Sequence record: NC_104190.1
DNA length: 64,000 bases
Origin: Escherichia phage IME178
Direction: 5' to 3' (one strand)
The notes under the pieces were generated by a model. That model was not told the DNA's origin and ran no database searches. It worked only from the letters and a program-made list of their open reading frames with translations. The position numbers and the translations under genes were made by a program. Of this stretch, positions 53,431 through 63,264 are shown piece by piece (within the stretch, counting starts at the first letter, position 1; every line of letters starts with the position of its first letter).

Positions 53431-53516
53431 TTGTTACGTTCTCCATTTAAGGGATTAGATTAATTCAATCTAGCCCACTAATTATATTTTATTAGTGGGC
53501 TATGTTCAATTAACTA

Positions 53517-53915
53517 TTAGAACGCCAGACCAAAAGCAAGAGCATCAGCGATAAAACTAACATCCTCACCTGATACATGGGAACGAATACCCGCGCAGGT
53601 ATATACTTTTGCGCTGATCAATTGATCATCGAGGCAAGCGAGGCAAGGCGCGACAACTGCAAAGGCTAGACCGGATTTTACGGCGTCAATGATAATCGTT
53701 TCTTGTTTCACTGTGTCAACATAAACACCTGCGGCCTTAATGTAGCTACTTGCGCGGCCTTGCGCATAGGCAAAGGTAGTAACCTGCAAAGCGTCATTGA
53801 AATCTAACAGATCATCAATAACGTGCCCCGCCTCGACGTGGTAACGTTCACCATTAGAATAAACCAGAACAATGGAAGACTGAGCGCGGTCAAATGGAAT
53901 ATTTTGCTTTTTCAT
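53517..53915 (-). CDS. hypothetical pre-early protein
   Basis: 132-aa ORF flanked by intergenic stem-loops. Confidence 0.45.
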   Translation of the reverse strand: MKKQNIPFDRAQSSIVLVYSNGERYHVEAGHVIDDLLDFNDALQVTTFAYAQGRASSYIKAAGVYVDTVKQETIIIDAVKSGLAFAVVAPCLACLDDQLISAKVYTCAGIRSHVSGEDVSFIADALAFGLAF

Positions 53916-53953
53916 GTTTATAAAACTCCAATTAGTTTAATAATGGATTTAAT

Positions 53954-54211
53954 TTATTTGATAATAATCTGCATCTGGTACGGCGTTAATTCACCGTTTA
54001 CGGGTAAATTATTATCGCTTAGCCACTCATAAAAAGCGCTATCGTCATCAAAAGGAACAACATCATTATCACGGGAATCGACGGAAATAATGCCATCAGT
54101 ATTAGTTTTGGCGGCTAGGATAGGCCCGAAGCTGTAAACTTTATCGGATTCCATTTCATCCGGTGAAATGAATACTTTTTCGTCCAATGTTTTGGGTAAT
54201 GTAACTTTCAT
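53954..54211 (-). CDS. hypothetical pre-early protein (acidic)
   Basis: 85-aa ORF. Confidence 0.45.
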   Translation of the reverse strand: MKVTLPKTLDEKVFISPDEMESDKVYSFGPILAAKTNTDGIISVDSRDNDVVPFDDDSAFYEWLSDNNLPVNGELTPYQMQIIIK

Positions 54212-54267
54212 TTTTTGTGACTCCTGTAATAGCGGCTGTATTTCAAGCCGCTAGGGAAATAATTTAA

Positions 54268-55932
54268 TTACGCAAAGAATTTACCATTCTTAAAGTCAAT
54301 CAAAGTGCGTTGACCGTTTGCATAGGTAATTAAATGCGTTTGCGTCCAGCTTGACGCGCCAACGTTGTAACCCATATCCAGACTACCCGCTACGCCAGCG
54401 GTATATACGCCACCGTAAATGCTGGCGGTATGGGTGTGCCCCGTGTTCAATTTACCCAATTTCTTAAATTGTTTCGGGTTGCCACGGCTGCCGTTAATGC
54501 CGTTGTGACCGTGTACGCCGCATTCAATACCTGCAATCTTGAAAGATTGGTCAGTGGTTAGGAAAATGGCGTTAAACTCACAACCTGCAACCTTGCGCAA
54601 CGCATAATCTAGCACGTTGAAGGTATCGTCATGCTCACCGATTGCCGCATAGATTGCAGCATTCAGGCGGTGATACAGTTCCGCGTTCGCGGGATCGTCT
54701 TTGATGTTAGCATTACGATCATCAAGCCAACGGGATAACGCTAGATCGTGATTTGATTCAACAATGATTGTTTGACTAAAATCACGTTCCATTGACTCCA
54801 GCACGCGACCGGTATCGATAAGGTCATCCAGAACTTTATCACGTCCGGCGGCATACTGTTTCGCTAGGAATACACCCGAAGCGCGGTTATGATGATTGCG
54901 CGATGTAAAATCGTGAACGTCATGGATAAACTGATATTTTGGTTTAAGAATATCAAGCAAGCTATTTTCGCCAGCCCAAGATGCGGCGGCGCACTCTTCA
55001 TCTAATTTTTCGGCGTGAATATCACCATACTGCAAGCCTAAAACATGCCCCGATGTCTCATAGCATCCGGCAGGAGTAGCGCACACATTCAGATCATAAA
55101 ATACCCCGCTTTCGTCCATCGTTTCGAGCTGGCGTACAAAAAATTCCCCGTCCTCGTCGAACTCAACAATCAGCGCACCGAAGTTATGCAGTGCTTCCGC
55201 TTTTTGTCCTGCTTTCTGCTGAATGTAGTTTTTGAGCGTTGCCGTTCCGGTTGAGTACATACGGCGCACTACTTCACCTTTTAAAGCTGGTACGCTTTCA
55301 GCGGTAATTTTAGCGTGACCAATTGCCAGACCTTCAATATTTAAAGCCGTTGCAGTTTCTGCGAATCCAGAAAGCGGATAATCTGCGGTAGGCAAAACAT
55401 TAATTTCAGCCATGAAAGCAAAACGGCGGTTATTTAAAAACACGTTTTTGCTGCAAATATATTTATCAAACGCAGAATCATATTTGATTCCGTCTGCACC
55501 TTCTCCATTTTGGAAGCCGTTTTTATTATAAATATACTTAGAAACAAGCAAATCGGCACCGATATATTCAGCGAATTTTTCCAGACTTGCTAAAAAGTTT
55601 TTATGCGGGAAAGTATTATTCTGAATCGACGTAATAATAAAACGTTTACCCTGTTTTACTTCCCATTGCTCAACCGTACTAGAAACAATCCCAGCCGCTT
55701 CGGGGCGCTCGTCGTTTTTAATGGCTTTTGCTACTTTTGCCGCTTTCGGTTTAGCTGGTTTGTTTGCTTCCAGCCAATCACAAATGGCGGTGGAATGTTT
55801 CGTTGTATCGTAGACTGCTTTTGATATATCGTCGCAGACCTCCAGTTTAGTAGCGCGCAGACGTTTACCATAGAAATTAAAGTCAGCGGCCATTTTCAGA
55901 ATAACGGTTTGTTTTTCTGCGGAAATAATCAT
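54268..55932 (-). CDS. A1: A1-like pre-early protein (metallophosphoesterase-type nuclease)
   Basis: 554 aa (T5 A1 is 556 aa); metallophosphatase motifs GDIHAE, GVHGHNG, GHTHT. Confidence 0.7.
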   Translation of the reverse strand: MIISAEKQTVILKMAADFNFYGKRLRATKLEVCDDISKAVYDTTKHSTAICDWLEANKPAKPKAAKVAKAIKNDERPEAAGIVSSTVEQWEVKQGKRFIITSIQNNTFPHKNFLASLEKFAEYIGADLLVSKYIYNKNGFQNGEGADGIKYDSAFDKYICSKNVFLNNRRFAFMAEINVLPTADYPLSGFAETATALNIEGLAIGHAKITAESVPALKGEVVRRMYSTGTATLKNYIQQKAGQKAEALHNFGALIVEFDEDGEFFVRQLETMDESGVFYDLNVCATPAGCYETSGHVLGLQYGDIHAEKLDEECAAASWAGENSLLDILKPKYQFIHDVHDFTSRNHHNRASGVFLAKQYAAGRDKVLDDLIDTGRVLESMERDFSQTIIVESNHDLALSRWLDDRNANIKDDPANAELYHRLNAAIYAAIGEHDDTFNVLDYALRKVAGCEFNAIFLTTDQSFKIAGIECGVHGHNGINGSRGNPKQFKKLGKLNTGHTHTASIYGGVYTAGVAGSLDMGYNVGASSWTQTHLITYANGQRTLIDFKNGKFFA

Positions 55933-56022
55933 AGTAATAAAACTCCATTAAAGGGATTAGATTAATAATGGCAATATTGCCAAATATAACGCCTCAAATA
56001 ATAGGCGTTATAATTTGCAACA

Positions 56023-56220
56023 TTAATTTAAAGGCACTAGGCTAGAACTAACACCACAAGCAACGGCAGCGATAAAACAAAGCAGACCTAAACGTTTTGC
56101 TAACTTAGATTTACGTTTAAAATAATACGAATCTAAATCATTTTGAAAATAAGCGAACAATAATGAGGCCGCCATAATAAACAAGCCTAGAATCAAAGAT
56201 TCAGTAGGGAAGAAAACCAT
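56023..56220 (-). CDS. small two-helix membrane protein
   Basis: 65 aa, two hydrophobic segments. Confidence 0.45.
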   Translation of the reverse strand: MVFFPTESLILGLFIMAASLLFAYFQNDLDSYYFKRKSKLAKRLGLLCFIAAVACGVSSSLVPLN

Positions 56221-56310
56221 TTTTAAAACTCCTGATTTAAGGGAAGAAAATAACTATCGCTAAACAGTTATATTATTGCCCCCTCACTAGAAGGGGGCAA
56301 GGTATAACTA

Positions 56311-56718
56311 TTATTCGCCTGCGGCTTGTTTTACTTCATCAGCAACGCCTAACAATTGCGCTACTGCGTCCAGCGTTTCAAGTTTTGCACTTTCAAGGCT
56401 TGCCAGATCATCGGCGTCTTTGATAATACCGGAATCGATAGCGTGTTTTGCAATTACTCGCACATAGTGAGCTTTACGCACAGAGCTACCGCCGCCAACT
56501 TTACGCGGCTTATCGCTTTTTTGATAGGCTTTTGCACTGGTCAATTTTGAGCGAACGGATACAGGGGAAGCCGCGCCTACTGCTTTTGCAATCTCTTTCA
56601 GGCCGTCGCTATTTGCGAAATCTAAACCGTTTTCATTGATTAACTGCTGGTACATAGAAACAGCTTTCTGAGTGTTTTCTTCGTTCCATGCGAATTTTGC
56701 GGTTTTAGCGTTAGTCAT
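56311..56718 (-). CDS. A2: A2-like pre-early DNA-binding protein
   Basis: 135 aa, adjacent to A1 as in T5; paralogous to the ORF at 6480..6890. Confidence 0.55.
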   Translation of the reverse strand: MTNAKTAKFAWNEENTQKAVSMYQQLINENGLDFANSDGLKEIAKAVGAASPVSVRSKLTSAKAYQKSDKPRKVGGGSSVRKAHYVRVIAKHAIDSGIIKDADDLASLESAKLETLDAVAQLLGVADEVKQAAGE

Positions 56719-56816
56719 GATAAAAACTCCTATTAGTTTAATTTAAGGGATTAGATTAACTTAATGTTAATCGTTATATCCCCCTGAAATAAGGGGGATA
56801 TAAAGTTAACACTAAA

Positions 56817-57068
56817 TTACAACACAGCTTCCCATTTTTCGTTGCGTTGAACAACCTTTACAACATCGCCGGATTTAACGCGAACGCTAAAAACGGGCTT
56901 GCCGTTGTTACTGCGTTCATTTTCAGCATATACCGCGTCGATTGTATCGAATGGCATAAGCGCCGCACCTTTAATACGTTCGGCCTTTCCGGTTAATTCA
57001 TCCGTTTTAGTAACGAAAGGAATAAAGACGGATTGACCAATTTTAGGCGCGGTAATAACGTTTTGCAT
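56817..57068 (-). CDS. hypothetical pre-early protein
   Basis: 83-aa ORF followed by stem-loop and leader motif. Confidence 0.45.
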   Translation of the reverse strand: MQNVITAPKIGQSVFIPFVTKTDELTGKAERIKGAALMPFDTIDAVYAENERSNNGKPVFSVRVKSGDVVKVVQRNEKWEAVL

Positions 57069-57829
57069 AATATAGACTCCAGTTATTTGATGGATTGTTC
57101 CGCATTACCTGCTAGAAGGTAGCAGGTAATAAGTAACAATCCGCTCGCCAGTTTAATCAATTTAAAGAACTCCACGTAGGCCGCTATATCCCGTTAGGGG
57201 GCGGGGCGCATTATGGTAAGCACCGACCGTCAAATTTTATCAAGTTATCGCTCTTATCGAACTGGGTACATCTTAAAACCTATCGGCTAGGTTGTCAAAT
57301 AATTTTTTGCAGTTTTTTATGATTTTCTTTCAAGTCAATCATAATGTTTCGCCAGATCATTTCCAGACCTTGCTGGCGACCTTTCTTGTACTGCGTGAAT
57401 CTATATTTTACTGATCTTTGAGCTACTGTCAACAAATTTTTTTGTTTTGCTATCTAGTGCCTTAATAGGCTTGCCAGTGATCAAAAGCGTTTGTTTCATA
57501 TCGTCGATTCCTTATAATGAATAAGTTTACCGCCGATAGGCTTTAAGATATACCCAATTTTTTAAAGAGCGCGGCGGTAAACTTTCCGCCGTGTAGTTCG
57601 TCATTGCCGCCCTACGAGATAAATAATAACAAACAACGAAAAAAGGCGCAACCTTATTTTTGTAAAGAAATGTAAAGACACGATCCACCGAACGGCGTGC
57701 GGCGACGGCCTAAAATTAAAAGAAACGGGCGCGCGAATACCACAAAACAGAGCAAATAGGCAAGTAATTTTTTCATTTATATTTGCTTTGCCCTACTTGA
57801 CAAAATCTAAAAAGCTCGTGGCAGCGATA

Positions 57830-58320
57830 AACGGCTTATCCCCTTATGATGGGATGGCTAAAAACTTTATTGCGTTCTGGAGCGTTTTAGACGCATTCTA
57901 GCCCTGTTGATAACTTATCCCCAAAAGCAAAAATGAAATTTTCCTAGTTATCCACTTGACTTTTATTTTCCAGTGGATAACTACTTATTTTATGAAATAA
58001 ATTAATTGACTTTTGTTTGCTAGTATGTATCGGAAAGATAGCAGACTAATAATTGCTAGAATGATAATCATGCTGGTGGATTGTAACAGCGTAAACTATT
58101 AGCAGACTATTAATCACGGAAAATCTCATTAGCTAACTAACTATTTCATGTTATATAATATACATATAAATTAATGAGAAATAATAACTACAAGAAATCA
58201 TCTAGCTAAGTGAGAACCACTATCATTTAAGTTATCCACAACGTTATCTACAGCACAAAATAACTTGACACGATAGGCGGCGATATAAGGACTTTTGCAC
58301 AGACTTATCCACAGGTTATT
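57830..58320. promoter_or_regulatory. non-coding region with DnaA-box cluster and inverted repeats
   Basis: Exact TTATCCACA at 58232-58240 and 58305-58313; inverted TTATCCACT pair at 57948-57956/57972-57980; TTATCCCC half-boxes nearby. Confidence 0.55.
58131..58159 (+). promoter_or_regulatory. early-family promoter-like element (TATAAT at 58154-58159, conserved ATAAATTAATGAGAAA leader)
   Basis: Matches the conserved -10/leader motif; weak -35; about 450 bp upstream of 58608. Confidence 0.35.
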
Positions 58321-58607
58321 CCACTGTATAAATATACAGGGTAAAAAGGTAGTGTTAACAACTGCAATCAATTTTAAGCGGCCTAAATCGCATTCTAACG
58401 AGCTAAACGCTGCAAGGTAATAGTAAAGTAAAGCCTCAATGTTGCGGCCTGGTGGCTTCACCGTGTTTTGCTCTTTACTACACCGCTGCGCGGTTATCAT
58501 AAAAGTAGGCGCTAGGCAAGGAATAAAAAACATTTTCTTTTTTCTTGCCCCTAGTGAACAAATATCTATATCATTCACCTACCGATTAACGAGGGGGACA
58601 AAATAAA

Positions 58608-59612
58608 ATGTCTACTGTAAGAATTGCAGTACCAGCAAACGCCACTATTATTAAAGGCAGTTTGCGCAATCTGTTAGATGGTAGTAGCGTGGCAAGCGTA
58701 CAGCATACCGCTACTATTATCGAAAAGATTCATGATAGAATTTTAGACGATGAGGATACTCATTATTCAGTTGAAGATTTCACACAATTACTAGACCAGA
58801 AAAGGGCGCTAGTAATTTTCAACCGTGATTATCACATTTTCCGCAATCAACGTGGAAGTGATATTGATTTTATCATTGTTGGTTATAGTGAGTCTAATAG
58901 TGGTTACATTGCGCGATTATATAACGTGCGAGAAAAAGAGCAAGTAACAGCAACAAAAGTAAGTAATATCAGGACTGATAGTGTCGGATCGTTATTAACT
59001 AGCATTTGGCGTGAACTATCAGCTAATTACAAAAGTGCTGATAGTGATGTAATTTCTACAACTGGCGTGTTATGTTTTGAACGCGCTAGTGGCAACATGT
59101 TGATCCCTAGTGATTATTTAGAGTATGGGAATGAATCAAACGTTGCAAATGCTGGATTTACACTAAAACCAGTTGACAATATTGAAAAACATGCTGTAAA
59201 TTCTAACACTCAAAGCGTTAATACTCAAACTACTGAAAACAAAGGAAAAAACACCATGACCAAGATTGCTAACATCGTTGCCGCTAATAAATCCGCTGTT
59301 GTAAATGCTGCAAAACTGGAAGCGGGTAAAATTGCATTAACTCAAATCACGAAAGTAGCGGCTAAAAAAGCACCGTTCATGATCAAAGGTTATATCGATA
59401 CGCCTATTGGTCGGGTAGTGATTGCTAACCTGCTGAGTGTAGCGGTTGACCAGTACGCACCGACTAACCAAAAAGCGAAAGCGGTAGCAGGGGCGGCTAT
59501 GGAAGCGGCAATGCTGGAAATGGTGCAAAGTTTTAACATCGCTGAAATGATTGATGAAATGGTGAAAGGTATTGATATTTCTACTTTTACCACTAGCACC
59601 GAAATCGAGTAA
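58608..59612 (+). CDS. hypothetical protein
   Basis: 334-aa ORF with RBS GAGGGGGA; no recognisable motif. Confidence 0.55.
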   Translation: MSTVRIAVPANATIIKGSLRNLLDGSSVASVQHTATIIEKIHDRILDDEDTHYSVEDFTQLLDQKRALVIFNRDYHIFRNQRGSDIDFIIVGYSESNSGYIARLYNVREKEQVTATKVSNIRTDSVGSLLTSIWRELSANYKSADSDVISTTGVLCFERASGNMLIPSDYLEYGNESNVANAGFTLKPVDNIEKHAVNSNTQSVNTQTTENKGKNTMTKIANIVAANKSAVVNAAKLEAGKIALTQITKVAAKKAPFMIKGYIDTPIGRVVIANLLSVAVDQYAPTNQKAKAVAGAAMEAAMLEMVQSFNIAEMIDEMVKGIDISTFTTSTEIE

Positions 59613-59677
59613 TAATATTTAGTGGGGATTATTTCCCCACTTTACTATTCCCTTGTTAATTAATAGGAGGCTAATAA

Positions 59678-60172
59678 ATGGCTGAGGAAAAATACGGCTT
59701 CTCGCTAGGAGAAGTGAGCACGGCTAAACATGATATGATCATTTTAGTCGATTGTCATACTGGCTATTGCGGGGAAGGGAATACCGAGGAATATTTTGTT
59801 CCTGCTGGTACGGATCTAGACGCTTTAGCTCACGAAATGGCTATTGATAATGCTTCTCGTTTTGGTAGCGATGGATATGAGGATGAGGAAACGGGCGAAT
59901 GGTATGAGAATGAAAACGTATATGCAAGCCTTTATCATTATCAGTTAAGTAAATCCGGCACATATGTAAACGGCGGCGATCCTATTAATTCCGTCATGAA
60001 ATTAATTATTAAATATGGCGGCGTCGAGATAGTTGGTAACAAAGCGGTAATATACGCAAATCGACTAAAACAGCTTGTTTATATTCCTGATAGTACCCGA
60101 TGGGAGGAATACGCTGTTTTGCATGACGAATTGAAACGATGTTTCAATGTTGAATCCTTACAAGTAGTCTAA
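59678..60172 (+). CDS. hypothetical protein
   Basis: 164-aa ORF, RBS TAGGAGG. Confidence 0.55.
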   Translation: MAEEKYGFSLGEVSTAKHDMIILVDCHTGYCGEGNTEEYFVPAGTDLDALAHEMAIDNASRFGSDGYEDEETGEWYENENVYASLYHYQLSKSGTYVNGGDPINSVMKLIIKYGGVEIVGNKAVIYANRLKQLVYIPDSTRWEEYAVLHDELKRCFNVESLQVV

Positions 60173-60276
60173 TGTAAAGTTTTGTAAAGGTCGCCTTTTA
60201 TGGCGGCCTTTTTTGTTATAATGCCTTTACACCAAAACGGTGGATTGAAAATTTCCCAAAAATTTGGAGGCTTAAA

Positions 60277-60507
60277 ATGGTTGCTTATTCTTCTGCTAGT
60301 CATCTGTTCACCGCTCAAGGTTGGGTGTCCAATCGCGTTGTTATCCATGAGATGGTGCAGGAGTTCGGTATTGCTAAAACTTATAATACCATTCAGGAGC
60401 TTTATAACGCCGATAAAATCGATCAGCAAACGGCTGGCTTTTTACTGGATACCCTGAAAGCGGAACACTGTACCAAAAAACAAGCTGCAAAAATTGTTTT
60501 AATGTAA
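60277..60507 (+). CDS. hypothetical protein
   Basis: 76-aa ORF, RBS GGAGG. Confidence 0.5.
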   Translation: MVAYSSASHLFTAQGWVSNRVVIHEMVQEFGIAKTYNTIQELYNADKIDQQTAGFLLDTLKAEHCTKKQAAKIVLM

Positions 60508-60553
60508 TTAGTAACGGGGGATATTATATCCCCCACTGACTAGGAGAATAAAA

Positions 60554-60703
60554 ATGATTATTTTTCGAGCTATTCTGGCGGGTATCTTGGGCGCTATTTT
60601 ATCGTTGTTTGCAATAGCTTTCGGTGTTCACGCCGTTATTATCGGCGCTGGCATTGCTGCGTTTTCTTATCTGCTGGGCTGCATGACTAGTAAAGGAGAA
60701 TAA
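60554..60703 (+). CDS. small hydrophobic membrane protein (49 aa)
   Basis: MIIFRAILAGILGAILSLFAIAFGVHAVIIGAGIAAFSYLLGCMTSKGE; RBS TAGGAGAA; below the ORF-track cutoff. Confidence 0.45.
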   Translation: MIIFRAILAGILGAILSLFAIAFGVHAVIIGAGIAAFSYLLGCMTSKGE

Positions 60704-60705
60704 AA

Positions 60706-60918
60706 ATGATTCGTAACGTTTCCCTTGCGCGTTCGAAAGGTTTTAAGCTGGTGGATGTTAACACGTTCGAGCGGGAAGATTGTAAAATCGAATATGTAGC
60801 ACGTAACAAAAATGCCTTTCGTGTTACTGAGAAAAAATTCGACAAGCGCGGCAACGTGATAGCTGAAACAGTTAAACACTTTGCCACCTTTTACGCTGCG
60901 TTTCGTGGGGTATTATAA
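60706..60918 (+). CDS. hypothetical protein
   Basis: 70-aa ORF, RBS AAAGGAGAA. Confidence 0.5.
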   Translation: MIRNVSLARSKGFKLVDVNTFEREDCKIEYVARNKNAFRVTEKKFDKRGNVIAETVKHFATFYAAFRGVL

Positions 60919-60919
60919 A

Positions 60920-61264
60920 ATGGTTATTTATGAGGGCAATCGTTTTGTTGCTAATTGCCGTCCGGCATTATTAGCAAACTACTTAAACCAGCTTTCACCA
61001 GCTTATAAGGGCGTTATTAATATTTATGAGGGCAAGGCGCATTATAAAGTCAATGCGGTTGTTGCCCGTGAACTAGCGTTTCAATTTTTGACCTTTGCAT
61101 CTTGCGACGTTCAGGTTATGGGTGAAGCATTAATTGCAGAAAATGATGATGATTTTATTAATATTTTCCGCAAGGTATGTACCGAGCGCCTGATAATGAA
61201 AGGCGCGTATATTCAATCCACTGCGGATAGTATTGAAACAGCGTTTCGAAAGGTGGCGCAATGA
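60920..61264 (+). CDS. hypothetical protein
   Basis: ATG 60920 in frame with track ORF 60881..61264. Confidence 0.5.
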   Translation: MVIYEGNRFVANCRPALLANYLNQLSPAYKGVINIYEGKAHYKVNAVVARELAFQFLTFASCDVQVMGEALIAENDDDFINIFRKVCTERLIMKGAYIQSTADSIETAFRKVAQ

Positions 61265-61476
61265 GCGAAATTACTTGGGGTACACTGCTGAAGGTTAAAC
61301 GGGTAAAATTAACACAAGATTTATGGGGAGTAGGTAAAACAGGGGATGTATTCAATGTGTTTAAAGACTCACATCATAGGTTTATAAGAAGAAATAACAA
61401 TATGGGCACAGCGTTTTATTTAATTGATTTAATCAAGTTATATGGTGAGGATATTTTCGAGCTAGAATATGAATAA
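61261..61476 (+). CDS. hypothetical protein
   Basis: 71-aa ORF with ATGA overlap. Confidence 0.45.
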   Translation: MSEITWGTLLKVKRVKLTQDLWGVGKTGDVFNVFKDSHHRFIRRNNNMGTAFYLIDLIKLYGEDIFELEYE

Positions 61477-61609
61477 CTATATAATTTTTTTGAGGTATTG
61501 CAATGAGATTATATATTTTCGTTGGTAATGTTGAGGCAGCTAATGATTCCGCTGGTGGCGATAACGTTCGCCGCTATTGACAAAAATATATTTACTAGGA
61601 GTTATTATT

Positions 61610-61804
61610 ATGGTTACGCTGATTTGCATTAAAGCCGATGGCGACACGATAGCACGGAAAGGGCAAAAGTATAAAGCCCAAAAAGATCGACTACTCAAAA
61701 CAGTTGAGCGTTACACAGTGCCCGATCTCAAATATTCAGTAGTTGGGCGCGAGGGGATTCTAAGGGCGACACTTGAGAACGCTATTTTTGAGATAGTCAA
61801 CTAA
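61610..61804 (+). CDS. hypothetical protein
   Basis: ATG 61610 after AGGAG (track 61577..61804). Confidence 0.45.
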   Translation: MVTLICIKADGDTIARKGQKYKAQKDRLLKTVERYTVPDLKYSVVGREGILRATLENAIFEIVN

Positions 61805-61819
61805 TAACGGGGCGTTACT

Positions 61820-62014
61820 ATGAGCAATAAAATTGTTGTAACCAAAATCAGTACAATGGTTGATGTTTTTTACGTGCCCGATACGCCGGAAAACCGACAA
61901 GCGGTCGAGCGTGGTGAGTATGATAAGGTGATTTATGATCACGATGGTTATTATCAGCATTTAGTGGATTCCTACGGGGAGGAGGAGAAGATCACGCATC
62001 GACTACCCGACTAA
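61820..62014 (+). CDS. hypothetical protein
   Basis: 64-aa ORF. Confidence 0.45.
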   Translation: MSNKIVVTKISTMVDVFYVPDTPENRQAVERGEYDKVIYDHDGYYQHLVDSYGEEEKITHRLPD

Positions 62015-62291
62015 TAATCACGGGGCGCAACTATCAGGAAGTGCCCCCAATTGTCAAATGAGAATGCTTCTCATTTGACCGCGCCCGCGATGGTTAGCCT
62101 GCTAATGGTTAGGGTGTTACGTGTCGCCTTGTGTGATCGTTAGCGAGCTAACTAATTTCTAAGCCTCCTCCAATTTTGCCCCTGTTTTAGTATCCCCAAC
62201 AAAATTAAACGCGTTAGAATGCGATCTAGGACGTTTTAGCGGTATATTAGAATTATTCACTGCGTAGGAATACTGTATATTTGTACAGTAG

Positions 62292-62381
62292 GATAAGCTG
62301 TTGATAAGTCTGTTGATAACGCTTCAAAATGGCTAGGATTTTGTCAAGTCAAATCGTGCTGTTGATAAGTCTGTGGATAAC
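62292..62381. promoter_or_regulatory. duplicated GCTGTTGATAAGTCTGT(T/G)GATAAC element with exact DnaA box on the reverse strand
   Basis: Two copies about 60 bp apart; TGTGGATAA at 62372-62380. Confidence 0.5.
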
Positions 62382-62614
62382 TTAAATAATAGTGTTTCTC
62401 ACTTCCATTCTTGAATGATTCTCATTATCATTCGCATTTCACTATCTAACTAATAATCATTTCACTTTTTAAATGAGAATCGTTTCACTTCCTGAATAAT
62501 TTTTATTTCACTTTCTAAATACAAATCATTATCATTCGCATTCCGCTTTTTAAATGAGAATGATTCTCATTTTTATTCGCATTCAGGCGAGCAGGGCAAT
62601 TGCCCTGCGCTTTT

Positions 62615-63264
62615 GTGCAAAACCGACATTTGCCCCCATGGATTACGCGTGGGCGTGTATGTGCGAATCCGACAATTTTTGGTAGTGTGCAAATCCGACC
62701 CGAAAAATTTTCATAGTGTGCGAATCCGACAATGAATTTTCCTAAAAACTCCAGCAATCCGATGCTGCGCATCAATCCTGTGGAATTAGCTAGAATATGT
62801 GCAAATCCGACATGGGTTTATTTGTGCGAATCCGACAAGATTTTTGTGACTTCGATGAGAGGGTGTGTGATTGTGTGGGTTTGGGGAGAAGTTGAGAGAG
62901 CGAGAGAAAATTAGGGGAACTGCGAGAGGGGCGCATGTTTGGTGCGGAGCACCCGATTTGCGGGGGTTTTGGAGAAGAGTTGAGAAGATTTGGGTTAATT
63001 TGAGATAAGTGCAGATAAAGTAAAATTTTATTAGCTAAATTGGGTTAATTTGAGATAAGTGCAGATAAAGTAAAATTTTATTAGCTAAATGGGGCAAAAT
63101 AGCTTGACAAGTGAAAATTTCTGTGGCTCTAAAAACTCAGGCAATCATGGGCCTTCGGCCCGAAATAATGCTGCCATTTTCAGGAGATTATATATTCCTA
63201 AAAACTTAGGCAATTGTGCAAATCCGACCATAAATTTCTAGAAACACAATGTGCAAATCCGACA
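62615..63264. repeat. array of eight irregularly spaced copies of GTGC(A/G)AA(T/A)CCGAC(A/C)
   Basis: Copies at 62615, 62661, 62687, 62718, 62799, 62824, 63216, 63251; an 18-bp perfect palindrome GCAGGGCAATTGCCCTGC at 62591-62608. Confidence 0.6.
62991..63090. repeat. perfect 50-bp tandem duplication
   Basis: TGGGTTAATTTGAGATAAGTGCAGATAAAGTAAAATTTTATTAGCTAAAT occurs twice back to back. Confidence 0.7.

Noticed and set aside
53471-56800. Intergenic hairpins between pre-early genes as rho-independent terminators
   Set aside because: In mRNA (minus) sense the stems are not followed by U-runs; more likely processing or stabilising stem-loops or binding sites.
58198-58578. 126-aa minus-strand ORF in the 57.1-58.6 kb non-coding region
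   Set aside because: Overlaps the DnaA boxes and promoter-like element, has no RBS and atypical composition; the region is better explained as regulatory DNA.
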